Translations under genes and position numbers: made by a program
Source: Actinomycetota bacterium
Lineage (GTDB): Bacteria > Actinomycetota > AC-67
NCBI GenBank assembly: GCA_036397635.1
Contig: DASWIP010000012.1
Span: forward strand, 11,148-75,147
Length of the DNA: 64,000 bases
Direction of reading: 5' to 3'
Notes under the pieces: generated by a model
What the model saw: only the letters and a program-made list of their open reading frames with translations
Told to the model about the DNA's origin: nothing
The model's database searches: none
In this document: positions 38,556 to 49,958 of the stretch, one piece after another
Numbering within the stretch: position 1 is the stretch's first letter
Layout: each line of letters begins with the position of its first letter

Positions 38556-39485
38556 CTACTCGCCCCTCAGGCCGAGCCCCATCTCGGCCAGCTTCTGCTT
38601 GACCTCGTCGATGGACTTCTGGCCGAAGTTGCGGATGTCGAGCAGGTCCTGCTCGGTGCGCTGCACCAGATCGCCCACGGTCTGGATGCCCTCCCGCTTG
38701 AGGCAGTTGTATGAGCGGACCGAGAAGTCCATCTCCTCGATCGGCAGCGCCATGTCCGACGCGTGCGCGAGATCCTCCGGCGCCGGCCCGAGCGTCAGCG
38801 CCTGCGCCTCGGAAAGCTCCGCGACCAGGCCGAGCAGCTCGACCAGCGTGCGCCCTGCGGCCGCCATGGCCTCCTTGGGCGTGATGGCGCCGTCGGTCTC
38901 GACGTCCAGGACCAGCTTGTCGAAGTCGGTCTGCTGCTCGACGCGCGTGTGCTCAACCAGATAGGTGCACCGCCGCACCGGCGAGTAGATCGAGTCGATG
39001 GGGATCACGCCGATCGTGTCCGAGCGCTTGTTCTTCTCCCCGGTCACGTAACCGCGACCGCGCTCGACCACCAGCTCCATATCCAGCCGGCCCTTGCCGT
39101 TCAACGTCGCGATCCGCAGGTCGGGGTTGAGCACCTCGATCCCGCTCGGGATCTCGATGTCGCCGGCGAGCACGTCGTGCGGGCCCTGCGCGCGCAAGAA
39201 GACGCTGACGGGATCGTCGTGCTCGGAGCGCAGAACGACTTCCTTGATGTTCAGGATGATGTCTGTGACATCCTCCTTGATCCCCGGGATCGTCGAGAAC
39301 TCGTGCTGGATCCCTTCGATCCGGATCTGCGTCACCGCCGCACCGGGGATCGACGACAGCAGAGTTCGGCGAAGCGAGTTGCCCAGCGTGTAGCCGAACC
39401 CCTTCTCGAGCGGCTCGATCGTGAACTTCCACCGCGTATCGGTCAGGGGTTCCTCGACGATCTGCGGCCTGTGAACGATAAGCAA
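38556..39485 (-). CDS. rpoA: DNA-directed RNA polymerase subunit alpha
   Basis: [14 protein letters not shown]...[22 protein letters not shown] start with SD GGGAGGAG 4 nt upstream. The track GTG at 39509 would sit before the SD. Confidence 0.9.
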   Translation of the reverse strand: MLIVHRPQIVEEPLTDTRWKFTIEPLEKGFGYTLGNSLRRTLLSSIPGAAVTQIRIEGIQHEFSTIPGIKEDVTDIILNIKEVVLRSEHDDPVSVFLRAQGPHDVLAGDIEIPSGIEVLNPDLRIATLNGKGRLDMELVVERGRGYVTGEKNKRSDTIGVIPIDSIYSPVRRCTYLVEHTRVEQQTDFDKLVLDVETDGAITPKEAMAAAGRTLVELLGLVAELSEAQALTLGPAPEDLAHASDMALPIEEMDFSVRSYNCLKREGIQTVGDLVQRTEQDLLDIRNFGQKSIDEVKQKLAEMGLGLRGE

Positions 39486-39529
39486 GGTTCTCCTCCCTTG
39501 GCCCCGCACGGAGCGGAACCACGTTTCCG

Positions 39530-40156
39530 TTACTTCGAGTAGAGCTCCACGATCAGCTGCTCGGCGACCGGCACATCGATCGAGGTGCGATCCGGGAGCT
39601 GCCGGACGGTCGCCTTGAGCCCGTCACGGTCCACCTCGAGCCAGTCGGCGGGCGACCGGGTCTCGTTGACTGCGAGCGCGTGGATGACCGGCTGCATGCT
39701 GCGGCTCTTCTGCGTGATCGAGATCACGTCGCCCGGCCGGATCTGCATCGACGGGATGCTTGCCCGGCGTCCGTTGCGCTCCACATGGCCGTGGCGCACC
39801 ATCTGGCGAGCCTGGTCCCGCGACAGCGCGAACCCGGTCCGGTACAGCACGTTGTCCAGGCGCGTTTCCAGAAGCCGGAGCAGGTTCTCGCCGGTGATGC
39901 CCTTGAGGCGCGTCGCCTCCTCGTAGTAGTTGCGGAACTGGCGCTCGAGCACGCCGTAGATCCGGCGGGCCTTCTGCTTCTCGCGTAGCTGCATCAGGTA
40001 CTCGGACTCCTTGGTCCGGTTCCTGCCGTGCTGACCCGGCGGGAAGGGACGCTTCTCGACGGGGCACTTCGGCGATTCGCACTTGGGGCCCTTCAGATAG
40101 AGCTTCATCTTCTCGCGCCTGCAGAGCTTGCAGTCGGGACCGGTGTACCGAGCCAT
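39530..40156 (-). CDS. rpsD: 30S ribosomal protein S4
   Basis: [23 protein letters not shown]... ATG at 40156 overlaps the rpsK stop. Confidence 0.93.
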   Translation of the reverse strand: MARYTGPDCKLCRREKMKLYLKGPKCESPKCPVEKRPFPPGQHGRNRTKESEYLMQLREKQKARRIYGVLERQFRNYYEEATRLKGITGENLLRLLETRLDNVLYRTGFALSRDQARQMVRHGHVERNGRRASIPSMQIRPGDVISITQKSRSMQPVIHALAVNETRSPADWLEVDRDGLKATVRQLPDRTSIDVPVAEQLIVELYSK

Positions 40157-40542
40157 CACACCCTCCTGCGGCGCGGCGGCCGGCACCCGTTATGGGGAAC
40201 CGGGGTGACGTCTTGGATACCGGCGACCTCGAGCCCGGCGGCGGCGAGGGAGCGGATCGCGGTCTCACGGCCCGAGCCGGGACCCTTCACGAACACGTCC
40301 ACGCGCTTGACGCCATGCTCCATCGCGCGGCGCGCAGCGGCTTCCGCTGCCAGCTGAGCGGCGAACGGCGTCGACTTACGCGAGCCCTTGAAGCCCACGT
40401 TGCCGCTGGACGCCCACGAGATCGTGTGGCCCTGCGGGTCGGTGATGGTCACGATCGTGTTGTTGAAACTGGACTTGATGTGGGCGTGCGCATGCGGGAT
40501 GTTCTTCTTCTCCTTGCGCTTCGCCTTCTTGGGCTTCGCCAA
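40156..40542 (-). CDS. rpsK: 30S ribosomal protein S11
   Basis: ...[30 protein letters not shown]... Confidence 0.95.
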   Translation of the reverse strand: MAKPKKAKRKEKKNIPHAHAHIKSSFNNTIVTITDPQGHTISWASSGNVGFKGSRKSTPFAAQLAAEAAARRAMEHGVKRVDVFVKGPGSGRETAIRSLAAAGLEVAGIQDVTPVPHNGCRPPRRRRV

Positions 40543-40557
40543 CCGCTTCTCCCTCTC

Positions 40558-40941
40558 TTACTTCTTGGCGCGGACCTTCTTCGAACCCGCGACCGTCTTC
40601 TTCGGGCCCTTCCGGGTGCGCGCGTTCGTGTGGGTCCGCTGGCCGTGCACCGGCAGGCCACGACGGTGACGGACCCCCTGATAGCAGTTGATCTCGATCT
40701 TGCGTTTGATGTTCTGGGCGATGTCTCGCCGAAGGTCACCCTCGATCTTGTGGTTGGCCTCCAGATACTCGCGCAGGCGCACGGCCTCGTCGTCGGCCAG
40801 GTCGCGCACGCGGATCGCGGGATCGATCTGCGTGGCCGAAAGCGCCTGGCCCGCGATGGTCGTGCCGACCCCGAAGATATAGGTCAGCGCTGTATCGATC
40901 CGCTTGTCGCGGGGAAGGTCGACGCCTGCGATACGAGCCAT
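40558..40941 (-). CDS. rpsM: 30S ribosomal protein S13
   Basis: [26 protein letters not shown]... Confidence 0.95.
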   Translation of the reverse strand: MARIAGVDLPRDKRIDTALTYIFGVGTTIAGQALSATQIDPAIRVRDLADDEAVRLREYLEANHKIEGDLRRDIAQNIKRKIEINCYQGVRHRRGLPVHGQRTHTNARTRKGPKKTVAGSKKVRAKK

Positions 40942-40951
40942 CGTGAGCCTC

Positions 40952-41065
40952 CTAGCCCTGCCGCTGCTTGTGGCGGGGGTTCGAGCAGATGATCATGATC
41001 CGGCCGCCTCGCCGGATCACCTTGCACTTCTCGCACATCTTGCGCACGCTGGGGCGCACCTTCAT
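40952..41065 (-). CDS. rpmJ: 50S ribosomal protein L36
   Basis: [37 protein letters not shown] (37 aa) within the longer track ORF. Confidence 0.93.
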   Translation of the reverse strand: MKVRPSVRKMCEKCKVIRRGGRIMIICSNPRHKQRQG

Positions 41066-41185
41066 ACGATCGTTCCTCCGCTGGATCGACGGCTCGCCGG
41101 CGCCCATCCGGGCAGCACGGGGGGCACTCCCGCCTCGGAGCCGAACGGGCATCGTAGCAGCGTAGAGGCCATATGCCAACCTGCC

Positions 41186-41965
41186 CTAAGCACCGGAGCC
41201 GTTGAGGGCCGTCAGGACCTCGGGTCCCTCGGGGGTGACGGCGATCGTGTGCTCGAAATGAGCCGACAGGCTGCCGTCGGCGGTCACCACGGTCCATTCG
41301 TCCGCGAGCAGCTTCGTCTCGAACGACCCGATGTTGACCATGGGTTCGATCGCGAGGACCAAACCCTCCTCCAGCGGGAGACCCTTGCCCTGTTTGCCGT
41401 GGTTCGGGACGGGCGGATCCTCGTGGAGAGACCGGCCGATCCCGTGGCCGACGTACTCGCGAACCACGCTGAACCCGGCACCCTCGGCGATGGTCTGGAC
41501 CGCCGAGCCGACATCCCCGATCCGGTTCCCGATCCGAACCTCGCCGATCCCGGCCCAGAGCGCCCGTTCGGTCGCCTCGATCAGCTTGGCGACCGTCGGG
41601 TCGGGGTCGCCCACCGGCACCGTGATCGCCGAGTCGCCATGGAACCCCTCCACGATGGCGCCGCAGTCGATCTTGACCACGTCCCCCTGCTCGATCCGCC
41701 GGCCGCCTGGGATACCGTGGACGATCTCATCGTTCAAGGAAGTGCAGATGGTTCCGGGGAACGGTGGCCGGCTCCCCCCGCCCCCGTAGCCCTTGAAGGA
41801 TGGTATGGCCCCCCGCTTGCGGATCTCACGTTCGGCGACGGCGTCGAGCTCGCCGGTGGTCATGCCGGGACGGAGCTGCTCGCGGATGATGGCGAGGGTC
41901 TCGGCAACCACCCGGCCGGCCCTGCGCATCTTCGCGAGGTCGTCTGGACCTTTGCGGATGATCAC
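41186..41965 (-). CDS. map: Methionine aminopeptidase type I
   Basis: 259 aa, with metal ligands in FHGDSAIT...HGIGRSLHE... Confidence 0.94.
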   Translation of the reverse strand: MIIRKGPDDLAKMRRAGRVVAETLAIIREQLRPGMTTGELDAVAEREIRKRGAIPSFKGYGGGGSRPPFPGTICTSLNDEIVHGIPGGRRIEQGDVVKIDCGAIVEGFHGDSAITVPVGDPDPTVAKLIEATERALWAGIGEVRIGNRIGDVGSAVQTIAEGAGFSVVREYVGHGIGRSLHEDPPVPNHGKQGKGLPLEEGLVLAIEPMVNIGSFETKLLADEWTVVTADGSLSAHFEHTIAVTPEGPEVLTALNGSGA

Positions 41966-42618
41966 GAGACCCCGGCGCCCTCGAGAGCCTCGGCGATGCG
42001 ATCGGAGACCTCGTCGACCTCGCCGACCCCGTCGATGGTGCGGATGAGCTCGCGATCACCGTAGAACTCGATCAGTGGAGCGGTCTGGCGATGGAACACG
42101 TCGAGCCGCTCCTGCACGACGTCCGGCTTGTCGTCCTCTCGCTGCACAAGCTCTGCGTCGTCGTCGTCGCAGATCCCATCGTTGGCGGGGGGGTTCGAGA
42201 CCGTGTGATAGACGCGCTTGCAGACCGGACACGAGCGCCGGCCCGAGATCCGCTCGATGATCTCCTGGTCCGGCACTCTTATGGAGACGACGGCATCGAT
42301 GTCGTGCCCGACCTCGGCCAGCATCACGTCCAGCGCCTCGGCCTGGACCCGGTTGCGCGGGAACCCGTCGAGGAGGAACCCTTTCTGGGCATCGGGCTGG
42401 GAAAGGCGATCGCGCAGCATCTGCAGCACGACGCCGTCGGGAACAAGCTTGCCGGCGTCCATGTATCGCTTCGCTTCCCTGCCCAGGTCGGTTTCCTGCG
42501 CGACGATCTGGCGGAGCAGATCGCCGGTCGCGATGTGGGGCACCTCGAAGCGCTCGGCGACGCGGGTGGCCTGGGTCCCCTTCCCCGCCCCCGGTGGTCC
42601 CAACAAGATCAGACGCAT
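41962..42618 (-). CDS. adk: Adenylate kinase
   Basis: MRLILLGPPGAGKGTQ... with a Zn lid CPVCKRVYH... Confidence 0.96.
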   Translation of the reverse strand: MRLILLGPPGAGKGTQATRVAERFEVPHIATGDLLRQIVAQETDLGREAKRYMDAGKLVPDGVVLQMLRDRLSQPDAQKGFLLDGFPRNRVQAEALDVMLAEVGHDIDAVVSIRVPDQEIIERISGRRSCPVCKRVYHTVSNPPANDGICDDDDAELVQREDDKPDVVQERLDVFHRQTAPLIEFYGDRELIRTIDGVGEVDEVSDRIAEALEGAGVS

Positions 42619-42621
42619 CGG

Positions 42622-43908
42622 CTACTTCAGGAACCCTTCGTAGTGGCGCATCATCAGCTGCGACTCGATCTGCTTCATTGTCTCGAGCCCCACGCCCACG
42701 ACGATCAGCACGGCGGCGCCGGCGAACGGGAAGCTCTGGATGTCCCACGCACCCTGGGCGATGAAAGGCAGAACAGCGATCGTCGCGATGAAGAGCGCGC
42801 CCGGCAGCGTGATCCTGGTCAGGATGTAGCTCAGGTGCTCGGCTGTCGGACGCCCCGGCCTGATGCCCGGGATGAAGCCGCCGTACTTCTTCATGTTGTC
42901 CGCCACGTCGGCCGGGTTGAACGTGATCGCCGTGTAGAAGTAGGTGAAGAACACGACCAGGATGGCGTACGTGCCGATGTACCAGACGCTGCTGCCCCGG
43001 GCGAAGTTGCGGTCCACGAAGTCCCGGAACCACTGGTTCTGAACGATCGTGGATGCCAGCACCGGCAGGTAGAGCAGCGACGAGGCGAAGATGATCGGGA
43101 TCACGCCGGCCTGGTTGACCTTCATCGGGATGTAGGTCGAGGACCCGCCGTATGTTCGCCGGCCCACGACGCGTTTCGCATACTGCACCGGGATGCGCCG
43201 TTGGCCTTGTTCAACCAGGACCACCGCCACCACGATCAGCAGGCCGAGCATGAGGAAGGCTGTGCCCTTCCCCGCGCCGGCGGTCTGCCACAGAGCCGTG
43301 GACTCGGCCGGGAGCGAGGAGATGATCGAAGCGAAGATCAAGATGGACATCCCGTTCCCGATCCCCCGTTGGGTGATCAGCTCGCCGAGCCACATGATCA
43401 ATGCCGTCCCCGCCGTGAGCGTCAGCACGACCAGGAACGTCTTACCGACCCCGAGGTCCGGGAAGAGGTCACTGATGCCTTGGAACAGGTTGCCGCTGTT
43501 CGCCGTCACCAGGATCCCCAGCGACTGCAGCAAGGCCAGCACGACCGTCATGTAGCGGGTGTACTGCGTGATCTTCTTCCGTCCGACCTCGCCTTCCTTC
43601 TGCAGCGCTTCCAGCCGGGGGATGACCACGGTAAGCAGCTGCATGATGATCGACGATGTGATGTAGGGCATGATCCCGAGCGCGAACACCGCGAAGCGCG
43701 TAAGACCACCGCCCGAGAACAGGTTGATCAAGCTGAGGACGCCGCCGCCTTGCTCTGCCTGTTGCTTCAGCTGCTCGATCGCCGCGAAGTCCACGCCGGG
43801 CAAGGGCATGTGAGACCCGAGCCGGTACACCCCGATGATGAACAGCGTGAACAGGATCTTGTTCCGCAGATCGGGAACCCTGAAGGCGTTCCGGAAGGCG
43901 CTGAGCAC
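42622..43908 (-). CDS. secY: Preprotein translocase subunit SecY
   Basis: 428 aa, 10 TM helices; RIPVQYAKR and GVIPIIFASSLL motifs. Confidence 0.96.
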   Translation of the reverse strand: MLSAFRNAFRVPDLRNKILFTLFIIGVYRLGSHMPLPGVDFAAIEQLKQQAEQGGGVLSLINLFSGGGLTRFAVFALGIMPYITSSIIMQLLTVVIPRLEALQKEGEVGRKKITQYTRYMTVVLALLQSLGILVTANSGNLFQGISDLFPDLGVGKTFLVVLTLTAGTALIMWLGELITQRGIGNGMSILIFASIISSLPAESTALWQTAGAGKGTAFLMLGLLIVVAVVLVEQGQRRIPVQYAKRVVGRRTYGGSSTYIPMKVNQAGVIPIIFASSLLYLPVLASTIVQNQWFRDFVDRNFARGSSVWYIGTYAILVVFFTYFYTAITFNPADVADNMKKYGGFIPGIRPGRPTAEHLSYILTRITLPGALFIATIAVLPFIAQGAWDIQSFPFAGAAVLIVVGVGLETMKQIESQLMMRHYEGFLK

Positions 43909-43922
43909 TCCGACTTCCCCTC

Positions 43923-44360
43923 CTAGATGACCTCGACGTTTCCGCCTGCAGCGGTGATCTTCGCCTTCGCCGATTCAGAGAAGGCATGCGCCTTCACAGT
44001 CAGCGCGACGGTGACATCCCCTCGCCCCAGTATCTTGACCGGTTTCTTGATCTTGCGCACGAGTCCTGCCTCGCGCATAGCCGCGGGATCCACCGTTGCG
44101 CCCGCATCGAAGCGATTGAGGGCCTCGACGTTGACCGGGGTGAACTCCTTCCCCTTCCGGCTCGTGAAGCCGCCCAGCTTGGGCAGGCGACGTTGGAGCG
44201 GCATGGAGCCGCCCTCGAACCAGATCGGAACCTTGTTGCGCGCGCCGGTGCCCTTGGTGCCACGTCCGGCGGTCTTGCCCTTGCCGGCGGCCTCACCACG
44301 GCCCTTGCGGGTCTTGCTTCGATGCGCGCCGGGAGCCGGGCGAAGGTGATGCAGCTTCAC
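43923..44360 (-). CDS. rplO: 50S ribosomal protein L15
   Basis: MKLHHLRPAPGAHRSKTRKGRG... GTG start overlaps the rpmD TGA. Confidence 0.94.
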   Translation of the reverse strand: MKLHHLRPAPGAHRSKTRKGRGEAAGKGKTAGRGTKGTGARNKVPIWFEGGSMPLQRRLPKLGGFTSRKGKEFTPVNVEALNRFDAGATVDPAAMREAGLVRKIKKPVKILGRGDVTVALTVKAHAFSESAKAKITAAGGNVEVI

Positions 44361-44542
44361 GAGTGAACCTCCTCGACCTTGATCAGGTGGGCCACCGAGC
44401 GCACGGCGCCGCGGACGGCGGGCGAGTCCTGGCGAACGACCGATCCGCCTATCTTGCGCAGGCCCAGGGTCCGGACGGTCTCACGCTGCCGCTCGGTGCT
44501 GCCGATCAAGCCGCGCACGAGTGTGATCTTGAGCGATGCCAT
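44357..44542 (-). CDS. rpmD: 50S ribosomal protein L30
   Basis: [32 protein letters not shown]... (61 aa). Confidence 0.92.
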   Translation of the reverse strand: MASLKITLVRGLIGSTERQRETVRTLGLRKIGGSVVRQDSPAVRGAVRSVAHLIKVEEVHS

Positions 44543-45099
44543 CAGGACGTCTGTCCCCGGATCGTCTCGATCATGCGACGCGGAGCCACATCCTCGAGCG
44601 GCAGGCCGCGGGTGTTCGAGATCTCCTCCGGTAAACGTAAGGACTTCAGTCCCGAGATCACCGCGTGGACGATGTTGATCGGGTTCCCGCTGCCCAGCGA
44701 CTTCGAGAGTGCATCGCTCACGCCGGCGCATTCGAGTACGGCGCGCACCGCACCGCCTGCGATGATCCCGGTACCGGGCGCGGCCGGCTTCAGCATCACC
44801 CGTCCCGCACCGTGGTGTGCGAGCACCTCGTGCGGGATGGTATGGCCGACCATCGGGACGCGGAACATCGACCGGCGGGCGATGTCGACCCCCTTCTGGA
44901 TGGCCGTGGGGACCTCCTTCGCCTTGCCGTAACCGATGCCCACTCGACCATTGCGATCGCCGACCACGACGAGCGCCGTGAACGAGAAGCGCCGACCACC
45001 CTTGACGACCTTCGCCACGCGGTTGATCGCGACGACACGCTCCTCGAACTGTGGCGCGCCCGGCTCCTGCTCCGGGCCCGACCTGCGACGCTCTACCAT
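44542..45099 (-). CDS. rpsE: 30S ribosomal protein S5
   Basis: ...[31 protein letters not shown]... Confidence 0.95.
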   Translation of the reverse strand: MVERRRSGPEQEPGAPQFEERVVAINRVAKVVKGGRRFSFTALVVVGDRNGRVGIGYGKAKEVPTAIQKGVDIARRSMFRVPMVGHTIPHEVLAHHGAGRVMLKPAAPGTGIIAGGAVRAVLECAGVSDALSKSLGSGNPINIVHAVISGLKSLRLPEEISNTRGLPLEDVAPRRMIETIRGQTS

Positions 45100-45113
45100 C
45101 CCATTCAGCTCCT

Positions 45114-45467
45114 CTAGAACTCGAGTCCCGCGCTACGCGCGCCTTCGGCGACCTCGCGAACGCGTCCGTGGAACAGGTACCCGCCCCGGTCGAAGGCCAC
45201 AGAGGCGATGCCGGCCTGCTTCGCGCGCTGAGCGACCCGCTCGCCGACCCGCTTGGCGGCCTCGGCCTTGGTGCCGCCGGCGGCGCCCTGGTCCAGCGTG
45301 GACGCGGCCGCCATCGTGCGCCCAGTCACATCGTCGATCACCTGCGCATAGATATGACGGTTCGACCTGAACACCGCCAGCCTGGGACGACTCTCGGTCC
45401 CGACGACCTTCTTGCGTACACGCGCCTGACGACGCTTCCGCGCGACCACTTTGGTTGCAGTCTTCAC
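45114..45467 (-). CDS. rplR: 50S ribosomal protein L18
   Basis: ...[20 protein letters not shown]... GTG start overlaps the rplF TGA. Confidence 0.94.
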   Translation of the reverse strand: MKTATKVVARKRRQARVRKKVVGTESRPRLAVFRSNRHIYAQVIDDVTGRTMAAASTLDQGAAGGTKAEAAKRVGERVAQRAKQAGIASVAFDRGGYLFHGRVREVAEGARSAGLEF

Positions 45468-46000
45468 TTCGCCGCCTTCCCTGCTTTCCGACGGACGTAC
45501 TCGCCCTCGTAGCGGATGCCTTTACCCTTGTAGGGCTCCGGGGGCCGCACCGAGCGGATGTTCGCAGCGATCTGTCCGACGTGCTGCTTGTCGGACCCGC
45601 TCACGACGATCTTGGTCGGGGTCTCCACGGTGAACGTGATCCCCTCCGGCGCCTCGATGAGGACGGGGTGGCTGTAGCCCACGAGCAGCTCGATGTCCTT
45701 GCCCTTCAGCGAGGCGCGGTAGCCGACCCCTTGGATCTCAAGACCTCGCGAGAACCCGGTCGTGACGCCCTCCACCATGTTGGCGACCAGGCTGCGGGTT
45801 AGACCGTGCAGCGACCGGTGTTCGCGAACATCCGAAGGCCGGGACACGGTCAGGATCCCCTCGGCGAGCTCGAGCTTCATGTCCGGATGCACGCCCGTTT
45901 CGAGGCTGCCCTTCGGACCCTTCACCCGAACGTTCGCACCGTCGATCGAGATCTCGACCCCTGCCGGGATCGTGATCGGTGACTTGCCGATTCGACTCAT
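45464..46000 (-). CDS. rplF: 50S ribosomal protein L6
   Basis: [21 protein letters not shown]... Confidence 0.95.
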   Translation of the reverse strand: MSRIGKSPITIPAGVEISIDGANVRVKGPKGSLETGVHPDMKLELAEGILTVSRPSDVREHRSLHGLTRSLVANMVEGVTTGFSRGLEIQGVGYRASLKGKDIELLVGYSHPVLIEAPEGITFTVETPTKIVVSGSDKQHVGQIAANIRSVRPPEPYKGKGIRYEGEYVRRKAGKAAK

Positions 46001-46006
46001 GTCAGA

Positions 46007-46405
46007 TCACCACACATAGCAGAGCACTTCCCCGCCCGTCCGCTGCTTGGCGGCTTGCCTGTCGGTCATGACGCCCGCTGAAGTCGAGATGATCGCTATC
46101 CCGAGTCCTCCCAGCACGCGCGGAAGCGCGTCTCGCTGCGCGTAGACGCGGAGACCGGGCTTGGAGATGCGCTTGATCCCCGAGATTGTCGTCTCGCGAT
46201 TGGGACCGTATTTCATGGTGATGGTCAGTTGCGGACCCTTCTCGCCGGCGGTCACTTCGAAATCCGAGATGTACCCCTCGCGCTTGAGGATGTCGGAGAT
46301 CGCGACCTTCAGCTTCGACGACGGCATGACCACCATGTCGTGCGTGGCGGTCTGCGCGTTGCGCAGCCGCGTCAGCATGTCAGCGATCGGATCGGTCATC
46401 GTCAT
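46007..46405 (-). CDS. rpsH: 30S ribosomal protein S8
   Basis: [20 protein letters not shown]... Confidence 0.95.
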   Translation of the reverse strand: MTMTDPIADMLTRLRNAQTATHDMVVMPSSKLKVAISDILKREGYISDFEVTAGEKGPQLTITMKYGPNRETTISGIKRISKPGLRVYAQRDALPRVLGGLGIAIISTSAGVMTDRQAAKQRTGGEVLCYVW

Positions 46406-46411
46406 CGCGTA

Positions 46412-46597
46412 TCACCAACTCGCTTTCGTGATCCCGGGCAGCTCCCCAGAATGGGCAAGTTGCCGGAGGCACAGACGGCATAGACCGAACTTCCGGTAGT
46501 ACGCGCGCGGCCGGCCGCAGCGGCGGCATCGGTTGTAGGCGCGCGCCGAGAACTTCGGCACCCGCTGCTGTTTCTCTCTCAGGGCTTTCTTCGCCAT
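46412..46597 (-). CDS. rpsN: 30S ribosomal protein S14 type Z (zinc-binding, 61 aa)
   Basis: [43 protein letters not shown]... Confidence 0.93.
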   Translation of the reverse strand: MAKKALREKQQRVPKFSARAYNRCRRCGRPRAYYRKFGLCRLCLRQLAHSGELPGITKASW

Positions 46598-46601
46598 GCG
46601 A

Positions 46602-47180
46602 TCACATCTCCCGGAACGGGAACCCGAGCGCGCGCAGCAGCGCACGGCCGTGCTCGTCGTTCTCTGCGGTTGTTGCCACCGTGATGTCCATGCCCCGGAC
46701 CAACTGGACCTTGTCGTAGTCGACCTCTGGGAAGATCAGCTGCTCAGTCACGCCGAATGTGTAGTTCCCCCGCCCGTCCAGGCGGGTGGGTAGGCCGCGG
46801 AAGTCGCGGACGCGAGGCAGCGCGAGCGTCAGCAACCGGTCCAGGAACTCCCACATCCGATCGCCGCGCATGGTGACTTTCGCCCCGATGGCCTGGCCCT
46901 CGCGCAGCTTGAAGCCGGCGATGGATCTGCGCGCGCGGGTCACCAACGGCTTCTGACCCGTGATCGTGGTCAGATCAGCCGTCGCACCCTCCACCACCTT
47001 CGCGTCCTTCAGGGCCTCACCAAGTCCCATGTTGATGACTACCTTCGTGACGCGCGGGACCTGCATCACGTTCACCAGGCCGAGCTGCTCTTTCAGCGCC
47101 GGCACGATCTCGGACCGGTAGCGCAGCTTCAACCTCGGCGGCGGCGCGCCGTTGCGGGTGGCGGTCGCAGCGTCGGCCAT
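46602..47180 (-). CDS. rplE: 50S ribosomal protein L5
   Basis: ...[36 protein letters not shown]... ATG overlaps the rplX stop. Confidence 0.94.
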   Translation of the reverse strand: MADAATATRNGAPPPRLKLRYRSEIVPALKEQLGLVNVMQVPRVTKVVINMGLGEALKDAKVVEGATADLTTITGQKPLVTRARRSIAGFKLREGQAIGAKVTMRGDRMWEFLDRLLTLALPRVRDFRGLPTRLDGRGNYTFGVTEQLIFPEVDYDKVQLVRGMDITVATTAENDEHGRALLRALGFPFREM

Positions 47181-47509
47181 CACAGCCTCCCTCCACAGCG
47201 GCGACAGATGCGTTCCTTCTGTCCATTGTCGTCGTACTCGTGGCCCACGCGCGTCGGGCGTCCGCACGAATCGCAGACCACGGCGACGCTGGAGATGTGG
47301 ACCGGCATCTCCTTGGTGATGATGCCGCCCTGAACGCCTCCGCGGCCGCCGACCTGGCGCATGCGCTCGTGGCGCTTCACCTGGTTAACGCCCTCGACCA
47401 TGACCCGGTCCGACTTCGGGTACACGTTGACGACGCGGCCGCGCTTGCCGCGATCCTTGCCGCTGAGCATCTCAACGGTATCGCCCTTCCGTATCTTCAA
47501 GGCGCGCAT
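47180..47509 (-). CDS. rplX: 50S ribosomal protein L24
   Basis: [27 protein letters not shown]... Confidence 0.95.
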   Translation of the reverse strand: MRALKIRKGDTVEMLSGKDRGKRGRVVNVYPKSDRVMVEGVNQVKRHERMRQVGGRGGVQGGIITKEMPVHISSVAVVCDSCGRPTRVGHEYDDNGQKERICRRCGGRL

Positions 47510-47512
47510 CTG

Positions 47513-47881
47513 TTACAGCACCTCCGGGGCCAGTGAGATGATCTTCATGAACTTCTTATCGCGGAGCTCTCGCGCCACCGGGCCGAAGATACGGGTCCCG
47601 CGAGGCTGGAGCTGCTCGTTGATCAGAACCGCAGCGTTCTCGTCGAAGCGGATGTACGTGCCGTCCGGGCGCCGGCGTTCCTTCTTGGTGCGCACGATCA
47701 CCGCGCGAACCACGTCGCCCTTCTTGACCGGCGCGCCCGGCAAGGCAGCCTTGACGGAGGCGACGATGATGTCGCCGATGCCCGCATAGCGACGCCCCGA
47801 TCCCCCGAGCACCCGGATACACAGGATCTCGCGCGCGCCGGTGTTATCGGCGACCTTGAGCCTCGACTCTTGCTGGATCAC
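47513..47881 (-). CDS. rplN: 50S ribosomal protein L14
   Basis: (M)[27 protein letters not shown]... GTG start (SD GGAGAAGG) overlaps the rpsQ TGA. Confidence 0.94.
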   Translation of the reverse strand: MIQQESRLKVADNTGAREILCIRVLGGSGRRYAGIGDIIVASVKAALPGAPVKKGDVVRAVIVRTKKERRRPDGTYIRFDENAAVLINEQLQPRGTRIFGPVARELRDKKFMKIISLAPEVL

Positions 47882-48138
47882 CTGGCCTTCTCCAGGATCT
47901 CGCTGACACGCCAGCGCTTGGACTTGGACAACGGCCGGGTCTCGGTGATCCGGACGCGGTCGCCGACACCACAAACGTTGTCGGTATCGTGAGCCTTGTA
48001 GTTCCGAGAGCGCCGCTGAGTTTTGCCGTACAGCGGGTGCTGGAACGTGTCCAGGACCGATACGACGACGGTCTTGTCCATCTTGTCGCTAACGACCACG
48101 CCGATGCGGGTCTTCCTGAACGTCTCCCGATCCATCAC
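47878..48138 (-). CDS. rpsQ: 30S ribosomal protein S17
   Basis: ...[21 protein letters not shown]... Confidence 0.94.
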   Translation of the reverse strand: MMDRETFRKTRIGVVVSDKMDKTVVVSVLDTFQHPLYGKTQRRSRNYKAHDTDNVCGVGDRVRITETRPLSKSKRWRVSEILEKAR

Positions 48139-48356
48139 GCCTCCTCTGCCGTCGCGCCTTCGAGGACGGCGAGCTCGCGCTGCCGCATCACCGTCATGAT
48201 GCGCGCGACGTCCTTGCGCACCTGCTTGATCCGCATCGGGTTGTCGAGCTGGCCGGTCACGAGCTGGAACCGGAGGTTGAACAGCTCTTCCTTGGTCTCC
48301 GCGAGCTTCCGCGCCAACTCATCGTCGGCCATGCCCCGCAGCTCCTCAGCTTTCAT
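48135..48356 (-). CDS. rpmC: 50S ribosomal protein L29
   Basis: [31 protein letters not shown]... Confidence 0.93.
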   Translation of the reverse strand: MKAEELRGMADDELARKLAETKEELFNLRFQLVTGQLDNPMRIKQVRKDVARIMTVMRQRELAVLEGATAEEA

Positions 48357-48371
48357 CTCCGCCCCCTCTCA

Positions 48372-48785
48372 TCACTCGGTCTCGCGCTTGACGAAGCGCG
48401 TCTTCAACGGCAGCTTGTGCGCGGCGAGGCGCATCGCCTCTCGCGCGGTCCCCTCGTCCACCCCGGCGAGCTCGAACATCACACGCCCGGGCTTCACGAC
48501 CGCGACCCAACCCTCGGGGTTGCCCTTGCCCGATCCCATCCGGGTCTCGGCCGGCTTCTTGGTGTAAGGCTTGTCGGGGAAGATGTTGATCCAGACCTTG
48601 CCGCCTCGCTTGATGTGACGGGTCATCGCAACACGAGCAGCTTCGATCTGACGGGCGGTGACCCACGACGGCTCCATCGCCTGCAAGCCGAAGTCGCCGA
48701 ACGAAACGTCGGTGCCGCCCTTCGCGAGCCCGCGCATCCTTCCGCGGTGCTGCTTGCGGTGCTTGACTTTCTTCGGCGACAGCAT
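48372..48785 (-). CDS. rplP: 50S ribosomal protein L16
   Basis: [24 protein letters not shown]... Confidence 0.95.
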   Translation of the reverse strand: MLSPKKVKHRKQHRGRMRGLAKGGTDVSFGDFGLQAMEPSWVTARQIEAARVAMTRHIKRGGKVWINIFPDKPYTKKPAETRMGSGKGNPEGWVAVVKPGRVMFELAGVDEGTAREAMRLAAHKLPLKTRFVKRETE

Positions 48786-49955
48786 CTAGCCCTCCGAACC
48801 CTTCTCGTCGCTCTCCTCGGGGGCAGCGGGCGTCTCCTCTGCGGCCGGCTTCTTGGGTGCGGCCGGCTTCTTGGCGGCCGGCTTCTTCGGTGCGACCGGC
48901 TTCTTGGCGGCCGGAGCTTCGGGTGCTGCCGCTCCTTCCGGTAGGGCCGGCGCCTCTGCCGCCTGCGGTTCCGGCGCTGCCTGCGCTTCCGGCGCTGGCT
49001 GCGCCTCCGGCCGCTCCTCAACTGGCGGAGCGGCCTCAACTGCTGGCGGCGCGGCCTCAACCGCTGGCGGCGCGGCCTCAGCCGCGGTCGATGCGGGCCC
49101 AGCCGGCGGAGCGGTCGCGGTGCGCGCGCGCGGCTTGGCGGGCGTGCGCCCCGTAGCTGGTCCGCGCGTGCTCTTCGCGCCGCCGCCACGCCTGGCCGGC
49201 CGGCCACGCTTGTCGTCGGCGCCCTCGCGCTCTCGACGCGGGATGATCGGCGGCACGATCTCGCCGGTCGCCGCAGCGCGCGCGCGCGCCTTCGCCAGCT
49301 CGGCTTCCTTCTCTTGGCGTGTCGGCATGACATCGCCGCGGTAGATCCAGACCTTCACGCCGATGCGACCGAACTGCGTCTTGGCCTCACGGAAGCCGTA
49401 ATCGATGTCCGCCCGCAACGTGTGGAGCGGGACGCGACCCTCGCGATAGAACTCGCTCCGGCTCATCTCGGCGCCGCCCAGCCGGCCGCCGACCTGGACC
49501 TTGATGCCCTTCGCGCCGGCGCGAAGGGCGGTCTGCACACCGCGGCGCATCGCCCGGCGGAACGAGACGCGGCCGGCGAGCTGCTCGGCGATGCCCTGAG
49601 CGACCAGGGCGGCCTCTAGCTCAGCATCCTTGATCTCGATCACGTTGAGCTGGATGTTCTCCTTGCCGGTCATCTTCTTGAGGTCGTCTCGGATCCGGTC
49701 GACCTCGGCACCGCGTCGCCCGATCACGATGCCGGGGCGCGCGGTGTGGATGTCGACCTGCAGGCGGTCGCCCTTGCGCTCGATGTCGACGTGCGAGATA
49801 CCGGCGTGCGCGAGACTTCCTTCGATGTACTTGCGAACCTTCAGATCCTCCTGGAGCCAGTCCTGGTACGTCTTGTCCGCGAACCAACGCGAGCGCCACC
49901 CGAAGTTCGGATTCGCACCGAGACGGAAGCCGTACGGATTGATCTTGTTTCCCAC
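48786..49955 (-). CDS. rpsC: 30S ribosomal protein S3 with an about 165-aa Ala/Pro/Lys/Glu-rich C-terminal extension
   Basis: N-terminal 220 aa are canonical S3 ([13 protein letters not shown]..., KH domain). The tail carries [18 protein letters not shown] and [22 protein letters not shown] repeats. Confidence 0.92.
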   Translation of the reverse strand: MGNKINPYGFRLGANPNFGWRSRWFADKTYQDWLQEDLKVRKYIEGSLAHAGISHVDIERKGDRLQVDIHTARPGIVIGRRGAEVDRIRDDLKKMTGKENIQLNVIEIKDAELEAALVAQGIAEQLAGRVSFRRAMRRGVQTALRAGAKGIKVQVGGRLGGAEMSRSEFYREGRVPLHTLRADIDYGFREAKTQFGRIGVKVWIYRGDVMPTRQEKEAELAKARARAAATGEIVPPIIPRREREGADDKRGRPARRGGGAKSTRGPATGRTPAKPRARTATAPPAGPASTAAEAAPPAVEAAPPAVEAAPPVEERPEAQPAPEAQAAPEPQAAEAPALPEGAAAPEAPAAKKPVAPKKPAAKKPAAPKKPAAEETPAAPEESDEKGSEG

Positions 49956-49958
49956 GGC

